Below, piece after piece: positions 38,881 through 48,399 of a stretch of 64,000 nt of DNA. Both the position numbers and the translations under genes were made by a program. The stretch's first letter is position 1, and the number at the start of each line of letters is the position of its first letter. Source of the DNA: a virus (lineage: Duplodnaviria > Heunggongvirae > Uroviricota > Caudoviricetes); the IMG/VR virus record IMGVR_UViG_644736364_000008. One strand, given 5' to 3'. The notes beneath the pieces are model-generated. The model searched no databases. It was given only the letters and a program-made list of their open reading frames with translations, and was not told the origin of the DNA.

Positions 38881-40830
38881 ATGATTGTTCTAAATCAGAT
38901 TAACTCCTCACTTTTGTACAATGTCGCTTACAGGTATACCATGAAATCCGAGACGCTAACTGTCCAACAACTTTTTCAAGACCGCCGACAATACTGTGTT
39001 CCATTCTATCAACGTGCCTATGTATGGACTCAGCAAGACCAGTGGTCAGCTCTACTGGAGGATATCCTAGAGAAAGTACAATCCCGGCTCTCGGGTACAA
39101 AACCAACTCCCCATTTCCTTGGTGCGGTTGTACTGGAACCTCAATCAAAAAAAGGATTATTAGGTGTAGATTCCATACATATTATTGATGGTCAGCAACG
39201 ATTGACCACTCTTCAATATGTTCTGGCATCCATCCGATTAGCATTACGTGCTACGGATCTTTCCAGCTTAGAGGCTCTCATTTCGCCTTGCCTGAAAAAC
39301 TCAAACGAAGACACAATGCGAAATAAAGAAGTAGAACGCTTCAAACTGTGGCCAACTTTTCGGGATCAAACTCATTTTATTCAAAGTTTTAATGTTGAAA
39401 ATATTGACGATCTCCGGGACGTATTCTCTGATAGTTTCACGCAGCATGGTACGTTGCGTAAGCATTTTAATCACCCGCCATCACTAGAAGCATTATGTTT
39501 TTTTACTGAAGCCTTTATAAAATGGATTAAAATAGAAAACCACTCACCACAAGAAAATGCTGTAGCTCTAATTGAGGCTGTCTTAACAGATCTGAAACTG
39601 GTAAGCATATTTCTCGAAGCTGAAGATGATGCCCAAATAATTTTTGAAACATTAAATGGGCGAGGGGCGGAACTTCATGCTACGGATCTTATTCGCAACT
39701 ATATCTTTATGTGCGCTGAGCATGAAAATATTAATGCTATTGAATTATATGAAAATGAGTGGAAGAGCTTTGAAGATAAATACTGGTCGGAAAAACAACG
39801 CCGTGGACGTATTAATAAACCACGCATGGAGTGGCTAGTACATGCGACATTGCAATCAGAAAGGCAACGTGAAATTGATCTGTCTCGCCTTTACAATGAG
39901 TATCGTGATTATGTAAGTAAGGACTTGTCTTCACAACGAGCAGATCTGCAAGTAAAGCGCCTCAAACAATATGCATCACAATATAAAGAATTGGTTGATG
40001 GTTTTGGCACAACCCCCATCTCACACTTTGGATATCGCATCGCAGACTATGATGTGACGACACTTTATCCGCTTGCTTTGTTCATTTCGATAGCTAACAT
40101 CGCTGATGATGAGAAAGCAGCCATGTATAATGATCTTGTCTCCTACGTAGTACGAAGAGCCGTATGTGGCCTGACGCCAAAGAATTACAACAATGTATTT
40201 ATGAATGTATTGCGGCACTTGGCTAAAACGGAAATTTCCAGTGTTGAGTTACGTAATATCCTCAATAACTTAAATGGCGAAGCCTCACGTTGGCCTGGTG
40301 ACTCAGAATTTCTCAACGCTTGCATCAATGCTCCACTTTATCCTGGCAGGCTCGACGCACCGAAAATGCGCTCAATGTTAACGGAACTTGAAAGAGAACT
40401 TTGTCGCCAAGTAAAGACAGAAAAGCCTGATGTTCCAAATCTTTCTAATCTCGATATCGATCATCTTATGCCTCAAAGTTGGTATTCCTGTTGGCCTCTC
40501 GAAAATGGTCGTATGGTGACAAATTCAGATGCTACGGTATTGAACCAAATTGTTCTGTCTGGAACCGATCTTACCCCTGAACAGCTACTGGTAAGGAAAC
40601 GGCAACAAGCGATATCTACTTTGGGAAATCTAACTTTGCTTAACCTTAGCGTAAACCGTTCTGTTCAGAATGCTGTATTTCTGAAAAAACGTGATGCTCT
40701 CATCGTCCACACCAATCTACGACTGAACATTCCACTTATAGTTAAGGATAAATGGGATGAGGATGAAATCCTGGAGCGGGGTAAAAAGTTGGGGGAAATT
40801 GCATTGAAAGTATGGCCAAAACACGATTAA
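38881..40830 (+). CDS. GmrSD-family type IV restriction endonuclease (DUF262 + DUF1524/HNH-like)
   Basis: N-terminal IIDGQQRLTTLQY (DGQQR motif) and C-terminal DIDHLMPQSW ... GNLTLLNLSVNRSVQN His-Me finger motifs; alternative start at 38941. Confidence 0.75.
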   Translation: MIVLNQINSSLLYNVAYRYTMKSETLTVQQLFQDRRQYCVPFYQRAYVWTQQDQWSALLEDILEKVQSRLSGTKPTPHFLGAVVLEPQSKKGLLGVDSIHIIDGQQRLTTLQYVLASIRLALRATDLSSLEALISPCLKNSNEDTMRNKEVERFKLWPTFRDQTHFIQSFNVENIDDLRDVFSDSFTQHGTLRKHFNHPPSLEALCFFTEAFIKWIKIENHSPQENAVALIEAVLTDLKLVSIFLEAEDDAQIIFETLNGRGAELHATDLIRNYIFMCAEHENINAIELYENEWKSFEDKYWSEKQRRGRINKPRMEWLVHATLQSERQREIDLSRLYNEYRDYVSKDLSSQRADLQVKRLKQYASQYKELVDGFGTTPISHFGYRIADYDVTTLYPLALFISIANIADDEKAAMYNDLVSYVVRRAVCGLTPKNYNNVFMNVLRHLAKTEISSVELRNILNNLNGEASRWPGDSEFLNACINAPLYPGRLDAPKMRSMLTELERELCRQVKTEKPDVPNLSNLDIDHLMPQSWYSCWPLENGRMVTNSDATVLNQIVLSGTDLTPEQLLVRKRQQAISTLGNLTLLNLSVNRSVQNAVFLKKRDALIVHTNLRLNIPLIVKDKWDEDEILERGKKLGEIALKVWPKHD

Positions 40831-41080
40831 TGCAATTAATAAAATGATTATAGTGGCCTTACATTAGTAAGGCCGCTACTCACTATTAAATACTTTAATT
40901 TGCATCAAGAACAGCAGTGTCAGCCCTAGGTCTCGGACTTTGTACCGCTTATCTTGTCTTCAAAAATCAGCTCGCATCCTGCACAGTTCAGCGCATTACG
41001 TTGTAGATCTGTGTTCTGGTCATTTGTTGACACACGTACATAGCCAATAAGCATGGTAGATCTCCCTGACAAAAGCAGGA

Positions 41081-41575
41081 ATGATGCCATTTGCTCGTTA
41101 TTTCTGCATTTTCATAAACGTTGGTTTGGGAGAAGCGGCAAAACGGAATGTGGGCAACGGGGAAAACCAAATCCCTGATATGTCTTTCTGGACGGTTACT
41201 GGTGGCAATGGAAATTTTGTGATTCGTCAACCTGACGGGCTAATCATTCAGATGGTTACTGTAAGTATAAGCGGCCCAGTGGCGATGAATGGAATGACTG
41301 ATAATGCTTATGCCATCACAGGTTCTAATAAGTCTTATATTGCCACAGCCACATTGCCCTTTGTATTTCCTAATAAGGTGCTGGGCGTTATCCCTCTGGT
41401 ATCAACAACAGCTTATGGTGGTGTATCCAGTAATATTACAGGTTCATACGCGACGGCGGTTTGTTCTTTTGCCGCTGTCAGGGGGAATAATACGATTGTG
41501 TTCAAAGTCGACAAACCACTGAATGCAGCCTTTCCTTCAGATACCAGCGTCTCAGCGTTAATCATTGGACGGTAA
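41081..41575 (+). CDS. Alternative tail-fibre C-terminal cassette (S'v-like)
   Basis: Gly/Ser/Thr-rich 164-aa ORF in inverted orientation; its codons 11-18 (FINVGLGE) carry the crossover site. Confidence 0.55.
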   Translation: MMPFARYFCIFINVGLGEAAKRNVGNGENQIPDMSFWTVTGGNGNFVIRQPDGLIIQMVTVSISGPVAMNGMTDNAYAITGSNKSYIATATLPFVFPNKVLGVIPLVSTTAYGGVSSNITGSYATAVCSFAAVRGNNTIVFKVDKPLNAAFPSDTSVSALIIGR

Positions 41576-41577
41576 TA

Positions 41578-42021
41578 ATGAACTCAGTATTCTTTTCACC
41601 CGGAAGTAAAAGTTTTTATCTGCAAGAATTGTTTCCAGAATATGAGGATGCGGGAACGCTTCCTGATGATGTTATTGAAATTACCAGAGAAACATATGAG
41701 CAATTTCTTGGTCTGCATCCAGAAGGGAAAGAAATTGGCGCTGACAGTTCAGGACGGCCAGTATGGATTAATTCCCCACCCCCTTCAAAAGAGGATGAGG
41801 TGTTGACGGCTGAAATGAAAAAAATATCTTTGGTTTCAGAAGTCAATACCTACATCAATACCCATCAGTGGCCTGGCAAAGCTGCTATTGGTCGTCTGAA
41901 AGGCGAGGAACTGGCGCAATATAATTCGTGGCTGGATTATCTGGACGCACTGGAACTGGTCGATACTTCCTGTGCGCCAGATATTGAATGGCCTACGCCT
42001 CCGGCAGTTCAGGCCAGATGA
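41578..42021 (+). CDS. Alternative tail-fibre assembly protein (U'-like)
   Basis: 147-aa ORF following S'v; 3' end overlaps the convergent tfa gene. Confidence 0.6.
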   Translation: MNSVFFSPGSKSFYLQELFPEYEDAGTLPDDVIEITRETYEQFLGLHPEGKEIGADSSGRPVWINSPPPSKEDEVLTAEMKKISLVSEVNTYINTHQWPGKAAIGRLKGEELAQYNSWLDYLDALELVDTSCAPDIEWPTPPAVQAR

Positions 42022-42595
42022 CATCCGGCGCTGTGCTGGTATTTGTTGCCGTCACCGCGTCAATGTAATCCAGCACAGCGTTAAGCCGGGTTGTTTCTGC
42101 CTGCATCAGCTTCCGTCCGGCCTGTAATTTCAGCTGAATCAGACCGATGGAAGCCATTGCAGCATCAATCAGTGACTGACGCTGTGCTTCTGCCGCGTCT
42201 ACTGCGGCGCTATGCTGTGCCTCAGTATCGGTCACCCATTTCTCACCATCCCATTTATCGTATGGCGTTAATGGGGCAATAGTGGTTGTATTTTCGGGGT
42301 AATCACCCGGTGCTGTGATTTGTTTTGATTCTCCCGTTTCGGTGTTATAGACGATTTCACCGCGATGGTCTGGCACATATTCCCATGAATTTAAATTCAC
42401 AGAACGACAGATAGCATAACCCGCCTTATGTATACCTGGTGCATCCAGACAGGAATATGCCGGGATACCAACACCAACGGCAAGATATTCACTTGAAGTG
42501 GAAATATATTCCCGAGTTTCACCATCATAGTTATAAACGGTAATATCCCCTGCCTTTGTAGCAACAAGTCCACTATTTAATATTGCTTTATCCAT
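41993..42595 (-). CDS. Tail fibre assembly protein (U/Tfa)
   Basis: 200 aa, about 85 percent identical to the P2-like copy at 8952-9554. Confidence 0.8.
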   Translation of the reverse strand: MDKAILNSGLVATKAGDITVYNYDGETREYISTSSEYLAVGVGIPAYSCLDAPGIHKAGYAICRSVNLNSWEYVPDHRGEIVYNTETGESKQITAPGDYPENTTTIAPLTPYDKWDGEKWVTDTEAQHSAAVDAAEAQRQSLIDAAMASIGLIQLKLQAGRKLMQAETTRLNAVLDYIDAVTATNTSTAPDVIWPELPEA

Positions 42596-43338
42596 TATGC
42601 TGCTCTCACGATATAGTTAAATGCAATGTTGCGTGGACGGGTATCGACGGGGTTAACGGCCACTGTACCCGACACGGACTGGTCATTACCGTTGCTAACG
42701 GTAATGTTACTACTGGTTGATCCAATCCCTACTGAATCGGTAAATTTAGCACCTGAGCCGCTCAAAGTTCCCGAGATGATAGCTAGCTCCACATAAAAAG
42801 TACCTACAGTTGGCTCTTGTGTTGACAGCACCGCACGCCTTGAATCAACGCCGCGCCCATCATCCCAGCCACGAATAAACTCACCACGTAAATCAGGCAA
42901 TTTATTTGTCGGATAAGCCTTTGCCAGTTCCGGGTATTCTTCAGCAGAAAAAGCCGCACCGTTGCATTTCAGCCAGCCTGTTGGCGGTGTGGCTGAAGGC
43001 CATGGAACAGGCACACCAACAGGTAATGCAGAGCCTTCTCCCAAACCAAGGTTTTCGAGAGCCGTTTTCACCGTGCCGTCCGATTTGATATCGCTAAACG
43101 GATTCTTGCGGCTTAACAGCAGCGCACGAAGCGCGGTAAGCAGCTGGTCGTGCCGCGCCTTCTCCAGACTGGCACCGGATGCCTCCACCACGCTGCAGAG
43201 TTCTTCCTGCAACATGTCAAAGTAGTCATCATCCAGATCGGTGGCAGGCGTGCCTGTCTGGGGGTTACCACGGGTAAAACCGTTCTTACCCGCGCCGAAC
43301 TTATCCTTCTGCGCGGTTTTCGTGTCTATACGATGCAT
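42595..43338 (-). CDS. Tail fibre protein (constant N-terminus plus variable C-terminus)
   Basis: 247 aa; shares [40 protein letters not shown]...[15 protein letters not shown] with P2-like H. Confidence 0.8.
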   Translation of the reverse strand: MHRIDTKTAQKDKFGAGKNGFTRGNPQTGTPATDLDDDYFDMLQEELCSVVEASGASLEKARHDQLLTALRALLLSRKNPFSDIKSDGTVKTALENLGLGEGSALPVGVPVPWPSATPPTGWLKCNGAAFSAEEYPELAKAYPTNKLPDLRGEFIRGWDDGRGVDSRRAVLSTQEPTVGTFYVELAIISGTLSGSGAKFTDSVGIGSTSSNITVSNGNDQSVSGTVAVNPVDTRPRNIAFNYIVRAA

Positions 43339-43341
43339 GGA

Positions 43342-43926
43342 TTACTCCGGATATTTAAAAATTACGTAGGTATGCGAAGGGCAGAGTTTGTTAAGCACAC
43401 ATTCGACGACGGTGTCGCCCCAGATACGCAGCGCGGAATCACAGGGATCGCCACATGTCATCCAGGTGCTGTTGGTGGCGGCTGGCATGTTGACCTGCCA
43501 GTAATACCGCCATTCCGGCGCATTCACCGCGTCAGTACAGGCCGATGAGCAGGTGAACGTGCTTTTGTCGTATCGCGTGATGGTGGCGTCTGGTCTGCCC
43601 AGGGCAGCAAGCTGTGCAAGGTAAAAATCCTCATTGATGCCGCCCGCCAGGTTAACCTTCGCATCCAGTCGTTGCTGACGCTGGCGAAGGGTCTGTGTTC
43701 CTGCGGGAATACATTCATCCGGCAGGCCGCACAGACGCTCCCAGCGATTTATCAGTTCGGTGGTGGTGCGCGGATCCAGCTCCCGCATCAGGGCATCCGC
43801 ACGCTGATGAACGCGGGTTAATGACTGTGCCGCACCGGCAATCGCCGGATCGCTGGCTGACCACGCCGGACCGGGCGGCAGCAGTGCCGACAACAGACGG
43901 ATGTAATCATCGTTTGTCACGCCCAT
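43342..43926 (-). CDS. Baseplate protein (Mu gp48 / e14 YmfQ-like)
   Basis: 194-aa ORF between baseplate J-like gene and tail fibre. Confidence 0.6.
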   Translation of the reverse strand: MGVTNDDYIRLLSALLPPGPAWSASDPAIAGAAQSLTRVHQRADALMRELDPRTTTELINRWERLCGLPDECIPAGTQTLRQRQQRLDAKVNLAGGINEDFYLAQLAALGRPDATITRYDKSTFTCSSACTDAVNAPEWRYYWQVNMPAATNSTWMTCGDPCDSALRIWGDTVVECVLNKLCPSHTYVIFKYPE

Positions 43927-44975
43927 GAAATCGTCCCCAGAACCGCCAGTTCATTTTTTGCAATGGAGATATTTTCCGCCGGTGCAAGCAATTGATGGCT
44001 GTATTCCCCGTTCGCACCGGAAATCGCTTCACTGATACGCGACACCTTCAGTTCTCCCTGCGGATAACCATCACGCAGCAGGAACGAACGCAACTCCGCG
44101 GTGATGGCAGCCCGTATTTCCGGTGTATCCGGCGTCACACGGATATGAAAATCCACCGTATGCGCCACCGGCCTGAACACATACAAATCAGAGCCTGCCA
44201 CCGGGGCCAGTGGCCCGATATGTTGTCTTGCCGCCGTTTCCGTTGATTCTTCCGGAATGGGATTAATCAGGTCACTGCTGGCAATCATCACACCGACAGT
44301 CCCCGTTCCCATCCAGTGACGGTATGCCCATGCGCGGGTAATGCCGGGCAATTCTTTAGCCCAGACAACATAGTCCCCGTCAGCCCCGCCCTGAGGCGTC
44401 CAGTAATACCGCTCAATGACGCGGGCGCGCCACGTTTCCAGCTCTTCAGTATCAAATCCACCTGTCAGAGTGTCTGCCACGCCGGAAGACGGCAGACCAT
44501 TAACCGGCGTGACCAGGATTAATGACGTACCGTCGTCAGCGTTACCGACCGCGCCTGCACTTGAGCAGGCGATCGGCACGCGCAGGACACCACCGGCGCT
44601 GGTTGCATCGGCAGTTGCCGTGTACTGAATCAGGTCATCGCGCTGAATAACACTCCCGGCGGTCACCTTCAGGCCATCGCTGACGCCTTCCCAGCGCATA
44701 TACCCGCTGGCAGTCGTGGCCCCCTTGCGCGGACACCGTTTCATCGCAGCATGTCGCGCCAGCCAGGACTCATCGCACAGGTCAGGCAGCATGTTCATTG
44801 CCAGATAATCGATGTACCCGTAAACCGTATGCAGCGCCGCCGCATACACCTTTGCCCGCACGTCTTCATCCATGCGCCGGAGCGTGTCGCTGACGTCCAG
44901 CCTGGCGAATAAATCGTTACGGAGCATACTGATATTTTCTGCCAGCGTCGGGCGCTGAAATTCACTGTCCGCCAT
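43917..44975 (-). CDS. Baseplate J-like protein (Mu gp47-like)
   Basis: 352-aa ORF in Mu-type baseplate order. Confidence 0.7.
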   Translation of the reverse strand: MADSEFQRPTLAENISMLRNDLFARLDVSDTLRRMDEDVRAKVYAAALHTVYGYIDYLAMNMLPDLCDESWLARHAAMKRCPRKGATTASGYMRWEGVSDGLKVTAGSVIQRDDLIQYTATADATSAGGVLRVPIACSSAGAVGNADDGTSLILVTPVNGLPSSGVADTLTGGFDTEELETWRARVIERYYWTPQGGADGDYVVWAKELPGITRAWAYRHWMGTGTVGVMIASSDLINPIPEESTETAARQHIGPLAPVAGSDLYVFRPVAHTVDFHIRVTPDTPEIRAAITAELRSFLLRDGYPQGELKVSRISEAISGANGEYSHQLLAPAENISIAKNELAVLGTISWA

Positions 44976-45390
44976 GCGTTATCGCACTCCACAGATCATC
45001 TAAAGAAATCATTACCGGTCCGTCACGACGCCAGAGAGTGATACTGTTACCCAGTTCATTAATCCCGGTGCGGAGGATATCCAGATCAATACGGGACACC
45101 ACGCCGTCATCAATCATCCATTGCAGGCATTCGCGGATATACCCCCTTACCGTCTGCACCAGCTGATTGGTCAGTTTGCTGCGCTGAAGCAGCCACAGTC
45201 GGGAGCCGTAACGGTCATTCTGTACCGCAGGCCAGGTATCCCCCCACCATCCCATCGGGACGTCGGCGTTGTCATCAGGCTCCGCCCGCCGCCAGGTAAA
45301 CAGGGAAATCACCACGGCGCGGGTCAGCGGATCCAGCGGTGCGCTGGCGCAGGTGCGTTTACCGTTCACCGTCAGCCACAGTTCCATCAT
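44962..45390 (-). CDS. Baseplate wedge protein (gp25/W-like, Mu gp46-like)
   Basis: 142-aa ORF between the V-like and J-like genes. Confidence 0.6.
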   Translation of the reverse strand: MMELWLTVNGKRTCASAPLDPLTRAVVISLFTWRRAEPDDNADVPMGWWGDTWPAVQNDRYGSRLWLLQRSKLTNQLVQTVRGYIRECLQWMIDDGVVSRIDLDILRTGINELGNSITLWRRDGPVMISLDDLWSAITHGGQ

Positions 45391-45935
45391 GCCTCCATCG
45401 CTTTATCAGGTTTGTCGGTGTTACTGCCCTGACCGTTCTCTCTGTGACGATGCCCGTTATAGGCAAGCCGCATCGCTGACATGGTGGTGCCGCTGGAGTC
45501 GCACAGGTCTTTCACCTGTCCTGTCACTTCCAGGTCCATTTCAAAACGTGCTTCAGGTGCATTGCGAAACGTGATCGTTTTACCTGCACCGTCCACCACG
45601 ATCCCCTCCCGGGTCAGCGTCACAGACTGCCCCTGATCGTCATAGACCGCCACCTCACCCGTCTGCAGCCCTTTCAGGCGGTAGCGCCGGTCCGACACCG
45701 TAACAACCACCGCATGAGAACGGTCACCATCCGGAAACAACACCACCGCTTCCGCACCGCTGTTTGCCCTTGCGGTAAAACCGTAGGGTTCAAGATGTTC
45801 AACCCCGGCTTTGGGTTCACCGGCAATCAGGGACACATCCACGGTCTGACATTTCGTGGCGGCACTGATGCTTTTCACCACTGCCCGCCCAATCAGGCCG
45901 AGGAGTTGTCGCTGCATGGCTTCAATCGTACTCAT
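45387..45935 (-). CDS. Baseplate assembly protein V-like (Mu gp45-like)
   Basis: 182-aa ORF downstream of the hub gene. Confidence 0.65.
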   Translation of the reverse strand: MSTIEAMQRQLLGLIGRAVVKSISAATKCQTVDVSLIAGEPKAGVEHLEPYGFTARANSGAEAVVLFPDGDRSHAVVVTVSDRRYRLKGLQTGEVAVYDDQGQSVTLTREGIVVDGAGKTITFRNAPEARFEMDLEVTGQVKDLCDSSGTTMSAMRLAYNGHRHRENGQGSNTDKPDKAMEA

Positions 45936-47014
45936 CAGAACGGGTCCTCCTGTACTCTGGCTTTTTTCTTTTTCCGCGCGCCGGGGGCTTCGGGTTCAGG
46001 CAGATAAGCATCAGGTGGGCCGACACGGATTTCCGTCAGGGTGCCGTTCTGGTCCTGAGTAAACGTGACTTCCGAGACAAGCAGTTCGGTATTGTCGAAA
46101 CCACAGACCGGATCGAAGACAATCACCCGCTGGTTGGGCTGCCACAGCGTACCGTTACCCTGTCGCCAGCCCTGCACCACATAGGTGGTTTCATCCGTCC
46201 GCGCCGCCCGTTGTCGGGCTTCAAAGTCAGCACGCGCAATACAGCCTGCCCCCGTAGCCTGCCCTGTCTGCCTGATATACATCGGACGGTAACGGGCAAT
46301 AAATGCGTCCTCTGTGCGGGCCCGCAGCGCGCTGGTGGTGGCCTCACCGAAATCATCGTCGTTTCCAGCACGCTGCCCCGCCACCTGGTAAACAGAAAAC
46401 CGCTCCCGGATACTCTTCTCCGTATCGCAGGAAAGGATGTTTTCCCCGAGTACCAGCGCAGTATGTGCCCGCGTTGAGCCAATACCGCCAATCACCAGCC
46501 TGCCGTGTGGGTCGTCGTAAGCCAGTGCCTGCTGCTGACCGAGTATTTTGTTGATTACCTCAATCACCGTTTCACCGTGATCGGGCTGGACGTCAGGAAT
46601 AACACCCGACGGCGCACCGTTGTTCACCACCTCAATGCCGAAAGGCGCAGCAAGCGCCTGCGCAATCTGTACCAGCGATCGTCCGTTAAACTGTGTCGGT
46701 TCGGCTGCACAGTCAATCAGGTCAGCGGTCAGACTGCGTCCGGCAATACCGGTGCTGACCGAACGGGCATCGTAACGAACGGGCGTCGCCTCCACCCAGC
46801 CGGTGATCACCAGCTCATCACCAATCAGCACCTCCACTTTTGAACCGTTTTTAATGCGCGGCTGAAGCGTGGTGATACCCTCATCACCCGGCCACTGGCG
46901 GGTGATCTCCACACTGAAATCCCGCGCCAGCCGTTCAATACCGGCACCGATGCGCACCGATGTCCAGCCATTCCACTCCCGGCCATTTACCCGTAGCGTG
47001 ACGTTATCGTTCAT
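45935..47014 (-). CDS. Baseplate hub / tail protein (gpD-like, Mu gp44-like)
   Basis: 359-aa ORF after the DNA circularisation gene. Confidence 0.65.
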   Translation of the reverse strand: MNDNVTLRVNGREWNGWTSVRIGAGIERLARDFSVEITRQWPGDEGITTLQPRIKNGSKVEVLIGDELVITGWVEATPVRYDARSVSTGIAGRSLTADLIDCAAEPTQFNGRSLVQIAQALAAPFGIEVVNNGAPSGVIPDVQPDHGETVIEVINKILGQQQALAYDDPHGRLVIGGIGSTRAHTALVLGENILSCDTEKSIRERFSVYQVAGQRAGNDDDFGEATTSALRARTEDAFIARYRPMYIRQTGQATGAGCIARADFEARQRAARTDETTYVVQGWRQGNGTLWQPNQRVIVFDPVCGFDNTELLVSEVTFTQDQNGTLTEIRVGPPDAYLPEPEAPGARKKKKARVQEDPF

Positions 47015-48381
47015 TGCACTGGCACCTTCAGAGGGATCACCGGCACAAAGCCGGGATGCGTAATGGCATTACGCCGGATAATGTCCGCGTCACGCGCCGC
47101 GTTATCAAACCAGGTCGCCGCCAGCACCAGCGCGGGTAAAACCTCATCCGGTGTGCGCTGAATGATCCGTGCAGACTGTTCAAGGCGCGTGTTGATATCC
47201 GCATTCAGATCTGCTTTCACCCGGCGCAGCGCCAGAAACAGCACATCACTGGTTGTACGGGACAACTCCTTATCAATTGCCGTATTCAGTGTGTCGCGAA
47301 TGTCGGTCAGTTCTTCCCACGTTGGCAGGTCAACCGTGTTTTTCACCGCCGGTGCATTGTTCAGTGCCGGATGCGTGACAGAAGGCCAGCCGGTGCTCTG
47401 CGCGGGTGTTGTTGACTGCCCCACTGTGGCATTCTGCATCACCGCGGAAGTTGTGGGCGCAGGCAATCGTGTGACGGCATACGCCGCTTCGCTGATTGCG
47501 GTCGTACGAAGGGTGCTGGCAACCACGTTACGCTGCTGCGTCGCCGTGGCGGTGGTTTTACTGTCCGTTTTCCAGACGCCGCGCGGTTGCAGATCGCTGC
47601 CGAGGCTGACACCGGAAAGCGTTTTGATCATGGTGACCAGGTCGCTGGCGTTACCATAAAGGCGTTTCCCGGTACGCCACATTTTCTGCACCTGCTCAAC
47701 GAAATTTTTGCCTGACGATGGCGGCGGCAGAAGTACCGAGATATCCCCCTGCAACAGCCTGGCGGCATCCGATACGGCAGAATCCACCACTTTCATCGCA
47801 TCAGAAACATACCCAAGCATTGTGCTGGCATTACCGACGACGTCGTTCTGCACAAAATCTGCCACGCCATCGATACTGAAACCACTGAAGCTGTCACTGA
47901 TGCAGTCATCCAGTGCAGAACAGGATGACATCAGCGTCTGCGCCGTCGCCGCACCTGAAGTGGGGTAAGAGAGTTCTCCCGCTTCGACAAACTTCAGGTC
48001 AAAGCGGACAATACGCCCTTCACTCTTCGATGTGCTGACCCGAACTTCCCCGTCAACACAGACTTTCAGCTCACCGTAAGTCGGATGGACAAGCGTGCCG
48101 GGACCGGGTTTATTCAGCGCGTCAATCAGGCGATCGCGCTGGTCAAAGCAGTCATCTCCCACCACATAAGCTGTGATGGACGGGCGGAAAGTGATTTTCC
48201 CCAGGTCTTCGGTATAGGGTTTGTCGCGGTTCGGGTATTCGTGCGTTTCCACACGACGACCGGTTCCCGCACTTTCTTCTTCAACCTTAAACGGCACACC
48301 GCGAAATGACGCGTCCTGAAGTCTGTCTTTCCACGTCATATAAACTCCGTACATAAAAAATCCCACCGGAGTGGGACTCAT
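47011..48381 (-). CDS. DNA circularisation protein N-like (Mu gp43-like)
   Basis: 456-aa ORF containing MTWKDRLQDASFRGVPF, downstream of tape measure. Confidence 0.65.
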   Translation of the reverse strand: MSPTPVGFFMYGVYMTWKDRLQDASFRGVPFKVEEESAGTGRRVETHEYPNRDKPYTEDLGKITFRPSITAYVVGDDCFDQRDRLIDALNKPGPGTLVHPTYGELKVCVDGEVRVSTSKSEGRIVRFDLKFVEAGELSYPTSGAATAQTLMSSCSALDDCISDSFSGFSIDGVADFVQNDVVGNASTMLGYVSDAMKVVDSAVSDAARLLQGDISVLLPPPSSGKNFVEQVQKMWRTGKRLYGNASDLVTMIKTLSGVSLGSDLQPRGVWKTDSKTTATATQQRNVVASTLRTTAISEAAYAVTRLPAPTTSAVMQNATVGQSTTPAQSTGWPSVTHPALNNAPAVKNTVDLPTWEELTDIRDTLNTAIDKELSRTTSDVLFLALRRVKADLNADINTRLEQSARIIQRTPDEVLPALVLAATWFDNAARDADIIRRNAITHPGFVPVIPLKVPVQ

Positions 48382-48399
48382 TAACAGATTAATTTTTCA

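Larger units (their letters stand above)
41111..43061. other. Invertible tail-fibre segment (Mu G / e14 P-segment type)
   Basis: Flanked by inverted repeats sharing AAAC-N-TTGGTTTGGGAGAAG at 41111-41132 (+) and 43038-43061 (-), both encoding (N)(V/L)GLGE inside tail-fibre reading frames. Confidence 0.6.

Noticed and set aside
40831-41080. Serine invertase (gin/pin-like) gene expected beside the invertible tail-fibre segment
   Set aside because: Only 250 bp of AT-rich non-coding DNA with a hairpin lies here; no ORF in the window has a serine-recombinase N-terminus.
40988-41230. 80-aa minus-strand ORF overlapping the 5' end of the alternative fibre cassette
   Set aside because: Overlaps the crossover site and the better-supported plus-strand cassette; no RBS; likely spurious.
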